From contig MRSU01010545.1 in NCBI GenBank assembly GCA_008369845.1, positions 1-46,613 on the forward strand: 46,613 nucleotides of DNA, in the 5' to 3' direction. Within the stretch, counting starts at the first letter, position 1, and every line of letters starts with the position of its first letter. The translations under genes and the position numbers were made by a program. Below the pieces are notes generated by a model, which made no database searches, was not told where the DNA came from, and saw nothing but the letters and a program-made list of their open reading frames with translations. The stretch comes from Trichomonas gallinae (taxonomy: Eukaryota). Below are positions 1-8,513 of the stretch, piece by piece.

Positions 1-838
1 GACTTCGGAACCTCATTAGAAACATATATGTTATATTTTCGAATTTCGCCCCGAAAAAACGAGCCTGAGTTATAGCATATTCTCTGACATGCAATCACAG
101 GAATACTAGTTATAATGATTCAGAAGTTTTCAGACAAATTGTACGGAGAAATTTCTAGATCCGGTTACAAACTCAACAAAAATATACGGTTAGCTTATGA
201 TTTCTATTAAGTTATGCGCGTAATTTGATTCATGTACTTACATATCAACTTTACTCAACACAAAACAGGAAATTTAAAAAAACAATATTTCTATTTTCTA
301 AAGTACGACAATTTTTGTATGTATATACTTTCTTTATTATACAGTTCTTGCGTTTTGGCTCAAAAATGCTTTCATTTTTTTGTTCTCAAGATAACTAATT
401 ATATGCATACATATCTTTACAAAATGGAGAACAAAGATCGATTCCGTATCGAAGCCATTTGCAGAATTAATCTTATCGAAGTGTATGAGCAAAAAAGAAT
501 AGATGCGAAAAAGCAAACTATTTCAGCAAAGCTTGGCCAAAGAAACGTAAGAAAAAGAAAAAAAAAATAGTGGCAAAATATTTTCCCTATTTGATTACCA
601 AATGATAATGTTTCTTTCTTTATATATTTTCAAAATTATAACAATATTTCATAAGTTTTGGATAAATTTCTTTCGTAATTATATGAGTAGATTAAAAATA
701 CAATCAATCATATTATTTCATTCCTAGTAATACTGTTTTTTTGATCAGGAAATGAAAAATTTAATTTTGAAATCAATTAATTTTGAAAGATATAATGCTT
801 TACATTGTTAAACAGGGATTATAAATAAATAATAGATT

Positions 839-3043
839 TCAACCACAAACTATGTCGATATCCTTTTCATGGTGAGCAAACAGAGTTCCGAGGTACCAGC
901 CGGTAGCAGCTGCACCGAAAAGAACGACAGTGTCCAAAATTCTTGTGAGAAGTTCGATTGTTGAGCCGTCCAACACGACGTCCAATGTCTCGTACATCTT
1001 TGTCATTAATTTGGCGCACTTTGTCTTCCTGACTTCGAAAGCCAAAAGTGGAGCTGATTCCTCAGGCGAAATCAGCGAATCCTTCTCTCTCTGTATTGCC
1101 TCATCCATTGTGTCGAGCATTCCATCTTCTAAGATGCAGTGCTGGTCGTCGCAGTCCGCATATTCCCACTGGCTCTGGTCATCTTCTTCGACTTTCTTCT
1201 TCTCTTCTTCGTCGTCCTTCACATCAATATTCAGCTTGTCTGTTGTTCCGGCAGTCTCGTATTCGTTGTCTTCTTCATTGTCTGGCAACAACAACTGCTC
1301 CATGTCGTCCTTCGGCTTAGGAAGAGCCTTAACACTGCTCTTTCTTGCGATGTTCTTCGTGACAACTTTCCTTATAAATGTTGGATCGTCTTCATCTTCC
1401 TTTGTACCACGGACATCATCGAAGCAGACGATGAAGAAACAGGAAACGATTGGAATGCCGAGAAGCAAAATAGTAAATGGTAAGCTCATAACTTCAGGAA
1501 TAACATATCCGAAGTATGAAATAACGACAACAATCGAGAAAATGAAGTTGACGAATTCCAGCAATGTTTCTAAAATGTTGTTGAACTTGTGTAGATATGG
1601 TTTGAAGTACCATGTAACAGCAAACGAGAAGAGATAGTAAATAGGTGATGCAATGACGAATGGAGGGTAGATAATCTCGGCAACTACTTCTATAATCATC
1701 TGAATGAGCTTCATTACGATTAGGAAAACGCACCAGTAGCATTTTTCGAACTTAAAGTCCTGGAAAATGAAAATACCTGTTGTATGGAGACGATTTGTGA
1801 TGGCTTCCCACTTTTCTTCCGATGTTCTGCCATAAACATTAATATTTCTAACGAAACCTGTGTTACGACGAACCAACAAGTACCACATCAACGGGACACC
1901 AACCATGATAACAACTAAAGTGTAAATAACGACACCACCCATGATTCCAAGCACATCATCGACAAATAACAAAGCAGGTGAAGATTTCATGCGGAGCTTC
2001 TTCTCACCGCTGCACATCTGAATGCATATGTCGTCTGAAAGCTTTCTAGCGCATGGAAGGCATTCTACAGATTTATTAATAAATGGGTCGAGGAAAGAAT
2101 CGCCTTTGTGCTGGTAATAGAAGTAGTAATCTGGATCACAGCCCTGTGGTGTTGGTGTCATGTGATAAATCAAACATTGGATGATAGGAATGTAAAGAAC
2201 GTCGAGAGCAAGCATCAAAAATCTGAGACCCCAGCGTCTGATGAACTGCTTGAAGTAGACGATAAATTTACGTCCGCAAGGGAACATTTTGAGCATAAAA
2301 GCAATCCAACAGATAAAACCCATCGGCAACAAGAAAATAGGTGGTATAATGCGAGCGTATTCTGGGAGCTTTCCAGGATCGAAGAACATTCCCAAACAAA
2401 CGAATCCTCCGATAATAAATATTAAACCAAAAGCTAGCCAGATAGCGGCCTTCCAATAGACACCTTTTTCTGGAACTATATCGATAAGTTTAGAAAATTT
2501 ACGAATTTGCTGATTAAGTTCTTTGAATGTGATTGTTTGCTTTGCTTGCGGCATTACATGGCTCATGAAGAAGGAGCAGATTGAGCGTACGAGCTCGAAG
2601 AGTTGGTCGTTTGTCTTATTTTTGTTATAGAACATGAGAACAATGCGTGATAAGATATAAACAGCTGTAACTATTGTCCACGTTGTTGTAACTGAGTCAA
2701 AAGAGACGACAATGCCTGTAGTAAGGAAATATGTGAAGCAGCCAAGGCCAACTACATCAATTACGTGCATAATTACATCATAGAATGGAAATATAAACCA
2801 AATAAAGATAATATCGAGTAATAAAGGAATACCTACAGAGAGGAGGACTAACTGTGATCTGAAATCGAAATCTGGAACATCAGGAACCGATGCTTCGATT
2901 GTATTATAAAAATTTACAAGTAAAACGAGAAATTTTTGCAGTTGGGAAGGTATCTTTATACCGGGAAAGGACGACGCGATACCAAGGCGTTGAACATATG
3001 TAAAAAGGGTAACAATAACTTGTGAATATGATACTGCACCCAT
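839..3043 (-). CDS. Multi-pass membrane protein (734 aa) with a Cys-rich loop and a TRP/PKD2-like protist TM module
   Basis: Long ORF with many hydrophobic segments. Cys-rich loop (GCDPDYY...ECLPCARKLSDDICIQMCSG). Motifs IFQDFKFEKCYW and KPYLHKFNNILE resemble the 'Y..YW' and 'PY...N.LE' motifs of protist TRP-like TM domains. Inr-like TCACA (minus strand, 3060-3064) upstream. Confidence 0.7.
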   Translation of the reverse strand: MGAVSYSQVIVTLFTYVQRLGIASSFPGIKIPSQLQKFLVLLVNFYNTIEASVPDVPDFDFRSQLVLLSVGIPLLLDIIFIWFIFPFYDVIMHVIDVVGLGCFTYFLTTGIVVSFDSVTTTWTIVTAVYILSRIVLMFYNKNKTNDQLFELVRSICSFFMSHVMPQAKQTITFKELNQQIRKFSKLIDIVPEKGVYWKAAIWLAFGLIFIIGGFVCLGMFFDPGKLPEYARIIPPIFLLPMGFICWIAFMLKMFPCGRKFIVYFKQFIRRWGLRFLMLALDVLYIPIIQCLIYHMTPTPQGCDPDYYFYYQHKGDSFLDPFINKSVECLPCARKLSDDICIQMCSGEKKLRMKSSPALLFVDDVLGIMGGVVIYTLVVIMVGVPLMWYLLVRRNTGFVRNINVYGRTSEEKWEAITNRLHTTGIFIFQDFKFEKCYWCVFLIVMKLIQMIIEVVAEIIYPPFVIASPIYYLFSFAVTWYFKPYLHKFNNILETLLEFVNFIFSIVVVISYFGYVIPEVMSLPFTILLLGIPIVSCFFIVCFDDVRGTKEDEDDPTFIRKVVTKNIARKSSVKALPKPKDDMEQLLLPDNEEDNEYETAGTTDKLNIDVKDDEEEKKKVEEDDQSQWEYADCDDQHCILEDGMLDTMDEAIQREKDSLISPEESAPLLAFEVRKTKCAKLMTKMYETLDVVLDGSTIELLTRILDTVVLFGAAATGWYLGTLFAHHEKDIDIVCG

Positions 3044-4357
3044 TTAATTAAAAAAAATTTGTGATTTTTGATGGAAAATGAAATAGTTAATATAATAGAA
3101 TATGGATTTATTATTGAATGAGAAAATAACGTGTTTTTACTTTACAACTATTGAAAAGTCAAATCGACTCAAAAAAATAACCTAAAATATATTGCTATGA
3201 GTTCCTAATCGATTTCTGATATTAAAATGAAGATTAGAGTAAATTTTTAACGCACAGATTGTCGAACAGCTGATTTTGATAAGTGGGAAATGCCTTTTTG
3301 AGGTAGTGCAGGCTGTCATGTTAATCAAAAATGTTGGAATCCAGTGAAAATGTGATCTGCGGATTAAAGAAAGGATTGATAAGAGAACGATTATTTCCTA
3401 TAGAATTGTTCCTATCACTTTTTTGTATTCATCGGATATTTAATTATAATGAACGATATAAAACGGATAAGATAATTTGTAAACTCTGTCACTTTTACTT
3501 AATCATTCATCCAAAAATATTGTTAAAAACCATTATATTGCAAAGATATGATTTTGAGAATTGTCACTTTATATCTCCATAAGTAATCTGATCTTTCAAG
3601 CCGAATTTTCTCTATGAAAATCGAATGAAATAAATTTAGATTCTTTCATGCTATTAGTATATATAGTGCAATATCATATTTACCAACTAGGTTTGCTCAG
3701 TTCTAAAAACATACGCTAATGTCGAACAATATCCTGGTGATTTTTTGACAAATGTTAGATATTTGGTGTTAACATACAACGATTTGTCATTTGTTTTGAA
3801 TGCATTCATTCGTATGAATGCGTATTACATCATCTCCAAAGACTGAATATACGAATTTTATCATGACTATATAATTATTCAGAGCAAATGCAATCTTCTC
3901 TCTATGTAATGCTTAACTCGATCTAAGGATTGATTTGACTTATAAGTTTCTACATATTTTTATCTTTTAGCCATCTCTAGCATGCCGCATAAACAATTTT
4001 ATCTTATATGCATAGAATAAGTTTGGATTGATGATCTTTGCTGATCAATATTGAAAATAAAATAGACAATAATGTTTAAATCTTTTAAATCTTATGTTTT
4101 CCATCGATTATCATCTTTTATTCTCATAAAATATACTATCCTATTAGATTTCTCTAAAAAACATTCACTGAGACTTGGATATTCCAACTTGGCTGTTCAA
4201 GTCTCATTCTATTCTAGAGAAGGTTGTTTGCATGTTCCCTGACAGAAATCTATAGAAATGAAGGTGATTATTATTTCTGACAAAATTAAATTTACATTTT
4301 GACTATTGTCAATTTGTCAACAAAAATTTTGACAAAAAAAAGCAATAAAAGTACGTT

Positions 4358-7300
4358 ATGTGGGGAGAGGAAGGTGAGCGCCTCAAACAAAAGCGTCTCG
4401 CCGAGAAAGAAGCCCTGAGGCAAGAACTTCAAGCCCAAATCCAGCAGAACGAAATGAAAAGAAATATCAAAACTCCAGAAAATCTAATTATGTCAACGTA
4501 TGAATCAATGACAAATGCGAATCAACCTGGAAAGAATCCATATGCTGTAGTACCTCAAAGACCACATCTTAACCAGCCACTAGGCAATTTAGCCCCATAT
4601 CAAAATCAACTGATGAACCGAAATGTTTTTCAGCCACAAATCAATCACCCACAAGCTCAAGCACACAATCCATATCAATATAATCGACAACAAATTCAAC
4701 CAACTGCATTAGCTCCAATTGCGATCAATTTAACAACAACAAAAACAGATGTGCCATCAGTATTACCACGTGTTGCTCATGCTACATCCATGGATCCGGA
4801 ATCATTCCACCAAAGAGTGGCTAGCGTTGATGCTATTGTTGGAAATATATCATCTACGATTTCGCAGTCGATGGCTGTGTCAAGTACCTTAGAAGGCACT
4901 GTAATACCTCAGTTAAACTCGCAAATCAATCAATTACGCGCTGATATCGAACAACTTTCATCAGCAGATGTGAATACAGCTTCTAGAAGACTTTTGGAGA
5001 ACTCCAAGGCCAATAGAGCTCTTGTAGATGGTAGTGCTCAGCAAGTTGCAAATGAAATCGGTAATGTTCGCGATAGAATTGCGGAAACTAATTCAGCAAT
5101 CACGCAATTCTCGCAATCATTCAACGAATTCTCTGAAACAACGAAAGCCACATGCATCACTGCTAAAGGTGACTTATCCCGACAGAAACAAGCAGCAGAT
5201 TCTACAATACAAAGAGTTGAAAGTCTTCTCGCGCGTGTTACAAAGACTGCTGGTGATACATCGCAGCTCTCCCGCCATTTCGAAAGCGCTGACCAAGGAG
5301 CTACGCACGCGTACAGCTCACTGCAGGCGAGCATGAATGGTACACTGCAGTCTATATCAAGACAGCTCGGCGATGAAGTGAGAAACGAAAGCGAGCAACG
5401 AGTGCAAACAACTAACGCACTCAGCTCGCAAGTCCATGAGGTTAATCAGAGGGCGTCATCATCCATTTCCGCTTTGAACAATTTCGTTGGTGAACTAACC
5501 AGGAATTTCTCGCAGTTGTTGGGTGGAATTTCTGGTTCGATTTCTGCGGCCATCGATCAGACTGTTTCAGACTGCGAGAGTTTGACTGGTGACATAGCAA
5601 ATAGATGCGATCAGATACTGAGCGAGAGTGAGGCGAATTTCGGCACAATAAGGAATGAGCTGATCACAACAATCGGAGAAATCAAGGATGGAACTGTTTC
5701 TGCTCTTTCTTTACTGGAGCAAACCTTAATTGAAGAGTCGAACGCGCGTAAAAAAAATACCCAAGAAATCAAGGAAAAATACCAGCACTTCACTGAAGCG
5801 ATCAAAAAGGAAGGCGCGCTACAGAGAAAGGCGATGGAAGATATGGCGACTGAAGCAGAAGCAAGAGGCAATACTCATATTTCTAATATTGGTGATGGAA
5901 TACAGACGAATTTGAGACCTATGTTCGAGAATGCAAAGAAACTCGAAGAAATTGACAGTCAACTCACACAGTTAGAAGGTGTAATGCAGATATTGACTGG
6001 CCAATTCACAGAGTCAATAGGTAACTTATCAAGAAATTTAACTGATATAACAGAAAAATACAAAAATTTAAAGGAAGATATTAACAACGGATTCAAGGAA
6101 TGCGATGATAAATTAAATATTGTCGGCGATCCTAAACTTAATGAAGATTCTTGTCTGCGAGAAGAATTGCACAAATTTAGTGGAGTTTTCGATGCCGATG
6201 TCGATGGTAAACTTGATGATATAGAAAACCAGCTTTCAGTGATTCTCGCTAATATTGCTGAAATCACGCTCGGTTATCCGGTCAAACCTCCGAAGCCAAT
6301 TCCATCCAAATCAAGGAACACAGCCATCCCAACATTCGAGATCAAGCCAAGGCCTCTTTTCTCTGCATCACAGCCAGTCAAACTCCCTCCGCCTCCAGAG
6401 CCAGAGCCCGTTGAAGAAATTAAAACGCAAAAACTTTCGTTCACTTCAACCCCGTCTGTCAGCATTGCGTCATCACCTCCACCCATGCCGCTGATTGTTT
6501 CAGAAACAGTTCACGCAGAAACTCCGAAGCACGAGGAGGAAGAAGAGAAGCTTCCTGAACTCGACAAAGAGAGGAACTTGAGAAGTAGTGGATTAGTTTT
6601 CAATCCAGAAGATTTCGTTATTTCTCTCAAAGAAAAGAAGAAAGATCCACCAAAACCTTCTCTTTCTCCAGGTGACATGGTTGTTGGTGACGATTTAGAC
6701 AGCGAGCCTCCTCTCAAGAATCTCGATGAAGACAATACATCTACGGAATCCCTCAACATCAAAGCGAAAGATCTTGCTAATTCTGCAATGCAAGAAGCGT
6801 TTAATGAGCAAACGCTCGTTAAAGAAGAAGAACCAGTACCCGAAGAAAAATTCTTTGAAAGAAAATTCCTTCCACTATCAGTCAATTCATCAACAGAGTC
6901 GCTTGATATCCATGTAAATAACCTTGCTAGACAAGCTCTTAATGATGCTGTTAAAGAGCAAACATTAGTTAAAGAAGAAGAACCAGTTCCTCTTTCTGTC
7001 AGATCTTCAACTGATTCGCTTGAAATTCACGTTAACAACATAGCAAACAAGACTTTCAGTGAAGCAGTGAATGAGCAGAAATTAGTTAAAGAAGAACCTG
7101 TTTCAGTAAGATCTTCAACAGATTCATTACAACTACATGTTGGTAATTTGAAGAATAGAGTGTTTAGCGAAGCAGTTGCTGAGCAAAAATTAGCTAAAGA
7201 AGAACCATTATCTGTGAGATCTTCAACAGATTCATTGCATTTACATGTTGATAATCTGAAGAATAGAGTGTTTAGCGAAGCAGTTGCAGAACAAGCGCTA

Positions 7301-8296
7301 GCTAAAGATGAGCCTGTTTCAGTAAGATCATCGACAGATAGCTTGCAATTACATGTTGATAATCTGAAGAATAGAGTGTTTAGCGAAGCAGTTGCAGAAC
7401 AAACGCTAGCTAAAGATGAGCCATTATCTGTGAGATCATCAACAGATTCTTTACAATTGCATGTAGATAATTTGACGAAGAAAGCATTCAATGATGCTGT
7501 CGCTGAGCAGACACTAGCTAAAGATGACCCAGTATCAGTTAGATCATCGACAGATAGTTTGCAGCTGCATGTCGATAATTTGAAGAACAGAGTGTTTAGT
7601 GAAGCAGTTGCCGAGCAAACACTAGCTAAAGAAGAACACTTGACATCATCAACAGACTCATTGCCAATTCATGTTAGTCGTCTCGCGAACAAGGCATTTG
7701 ATGATGCTGTTGATGAGCAAACGCTGGTGAAAGAAGAATCTTTGACATCTTCCACGGACTCATTGCAATTGCATGTTGACAATTTGACAAAGAAGGCTTT
7801 CGATGATGCTGTTGCAGAGCAAAAATTAGCAAAAGATAAGCCAAAGAAGCAAGAAGAAGATGATGTCCCTAAGGCAAAGCTTTCACTAAAGAGAGCAGCA
7901 TCTAGACAAGCGCCAAGGGCAACTCCTTTGCTAATTGCTCCAGCGGCAAACTTGCGAGGCTCAACAGGCTCCAAACCAAAGAGAGAAGAAGAGCCAGTGA
8001 AAGAACGCGAAGCACCGCCAATGGAAGTAAAGGCAGCTGAACAGCCTAAACCAAAGGAGGAAGAGGAAGAAAAGAATGAAGAAGAAGAAAAGAAGGAGGA
8101 AGAGGAAGAAGAGGAGGAGCAAAATAAAGAAGAAGAAGAGGAAGAGAAACACGAAGAGGAAGAAGAGGAAGAGCAAAAGAAAGAAGAAGAAGAGGAAGAA
8201 GATAAACCGGAAGAAGAAGAGGATGAGGAAGAAGACGAAGAGGAAGACCCAAAGAAGAAGAAGCCTAAAGGAAAACCGAAGAAAAGTCAAAAATAA
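4358..8296 (+). CDS. Large coiled-coil, probably cytoskeletal protein (1312 aa) with a Pro-rich linker, ten tandem ~36-aa repeats and a Glu-rich/Lys-rich tail
   Basis: Uninterrupted ORF. N-terminal EALRQELQAQIQQ helix, long heptad region (about aa 150-640), PPPPEPEP linker, SSTDSLQLHVDNL repeats, poly-E tail ending PKKKKPKGKPKKSQK. Confidence 0.85.
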   Translation: MWGEEGERLKQKRLAEKEALRQELQAQIQQNEMKRNIKTPENLIMSTYESMTNANQPGKNPYAVVPQRPHLNQPLGNLAPYQNQLMNRNVFQPQINHPQAQAHNPYQYNRQQIQPTALAPIAINLTTTKTDVPSVLPRVAHATSMDPESFHQRVASVDAIVGNISSTISQSMAVSSTLEGTVIPQLNSQINQLRADIEQLSSADVNTASRRLLENSKANRALVDGSAQQVANEIGNVRDRIAETNSAITQFSQSFNEFSETTKATCITAKGDLSRQKQAADSTIQRVESLLARVTKTAGDTSQLSRHFESADQGATHAYSSLQASMNGTLQSISRQLGDEVRNESEQRVQTTNALSSQVHEVNQRASSSISALNNFVGELTRNFSQLLGGISGSISAAIDQTVSDCESLTGDIANRCDQILSESEANFGTIRNELITTIGEIKDGTVSALSLLEQTLIEESNARKKNTQEIKEKYQHFTEAIKKEGALQRKAMEDMATEAEARGNTHISNIGDGIQTNLRPMFENAKKLEEIDSQLTQLEGVMQILTGQFTESIGNLSRNLTDITEKYKNLKEDINNGFKECDDKLNIVGDPKLNEDSCLREELHKFSGVFDADVDGKLDDIENQLSVILANIAEITLGYPVKPPKPIPSKSRNTAIPTFEIKPRPLFSASQPVKLPPPPEPEPVEEIKTQKLSFTSTPSVSIASSPPPMPLIVSETVHAETPKHEEEEEKLPELDKERNLRSSGLVFNPEDFVISLKEKKKDPPKPSLSPGDMVVGDDLDSEPPLKNLDEDNTSTESLNIKAKDLANSAMQEAFNEQTLVKEEEPVPEEKFFERKFLPLSVNSSTESLDIHVNNLARQALNDAVKEQTLVKEEEPVPLSVRSSTDSLEIHVNNIANKTFSEAVNEQKLVKEEPVSVRSSTDSLQLHVGNLKNRVFSEAVAEQKLAKEEPLSVRSSTDSLHLHVDNLKNRVFSEAVAEQALAKDEPVSVRSSTDSLQLHVDNLKNRVFSEAVAEQTLAKDEPLSVRSSTDSLQLHVDNLTKKAFNDAVAEQTLAKDDPVSVRSSTDSLQLHVDNLKNRVFSEAVAEQTLAKEEHLTSSTDSLPIHVSRLANKAFDDAVDEQTLVKEESLTSSTDSLQLHVDNLTKKAFDDAVAEQKLAKDKPKKQEEDDVPKAKLSLKRAASRQAPRATPLLIAPAANLRGSTGSKPKREEEPVKEREAPPMEVKAAEQPKPKEEEEEKNEEEEKKEEEEEEEEQNKEEEEEEKHEEEEEEEQKKEEEEEEDKPEEEEDEEEDEEEDPKKKKPKGKPKKSQK
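6740..7837 (+). repeat. Intragenic tandem repeat, 10 copies, core period 108 bp (36 aa)
   Basis: GATCTTCAACAGATTCATT occurs at 7110 and 7218 (108 bp apart). Translated unit SSTDSLQLHVDNLKNRVFSEAVAEQTLAKDEPxSVR; first and last copies are divergent and differ in length. Confidence 0.95.
8057..8248 (+). repeat. Low-complexity GAA/GAG (poly-Glu) coding tract
   Basis: Purine-rich tract encoding EEEEEKNEEEEKKEEEEEEE... Confidence 0.9.
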
Positions 8297-8466
8297 TTTT
8301 TGTTGAAAATTAAAGCATTGTTTGTATTATGAAATTACCTCACATTATTTTATTATGCTAATGCTAGGATTCTACTAAGCTCATTAGCACTCCTATATTT
8401 TGAAATTGGATAAAGTATTCTTTACCCCTAATTATTTGTGTTAGAACCTTTAATATATTGAGAGAC

Positions 8467-8508
8467 CCTTTGTATTTTGTTAAGCCCCTTAAATATAAAT
8501 CCCCTTAA
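8467..8508 (+). promoter_or_regulatory. CCTTT / CCCCTTAA motifs (M5-like alternative initiator) upstream of ATG 8514
   Basis: CCTTT at 8467-8471; CCCCTTAA at 8485-8492 and 8501-8508; no TCAY initiator immediately before the ATG. Confidence 0.35.
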
Positions 8509-8513
8509 TATTT

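Noticed and set aside
232..570. 112-aa ORF
   Set aside because: AT-rich, rich in F/Y/K/I with no motif and a poly-A end; typical of a spurious ORF.
3331..3582. 83-aa ORF; likewise 13797-13979, 19562-19744, 44930-45178 and 45294-45509
   Set aside because: Short, compositionally intergenic or antisense to real genes, with no recognisable motif.
3798..3821. Palindrome GAATGCATTC and hairpin GCATTCAT-TCGT-ATGAATGC
   Set aside because: Short stem in AT-rich DNA with no supporting context.
6740..7837. CRISPR-like regular spacing
   Set aside because: The whole unit repeats in frame inside a CDS, with no unique spacers and no cas genes; eukaryotic context.
7027..8306. Antisense and alternate-frame ORFs over the repeat and poly-Glu tail (poly-F/L, poly-K/R)
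   Set aside because: Shadows of the repetitive GAA-rich coding strand.
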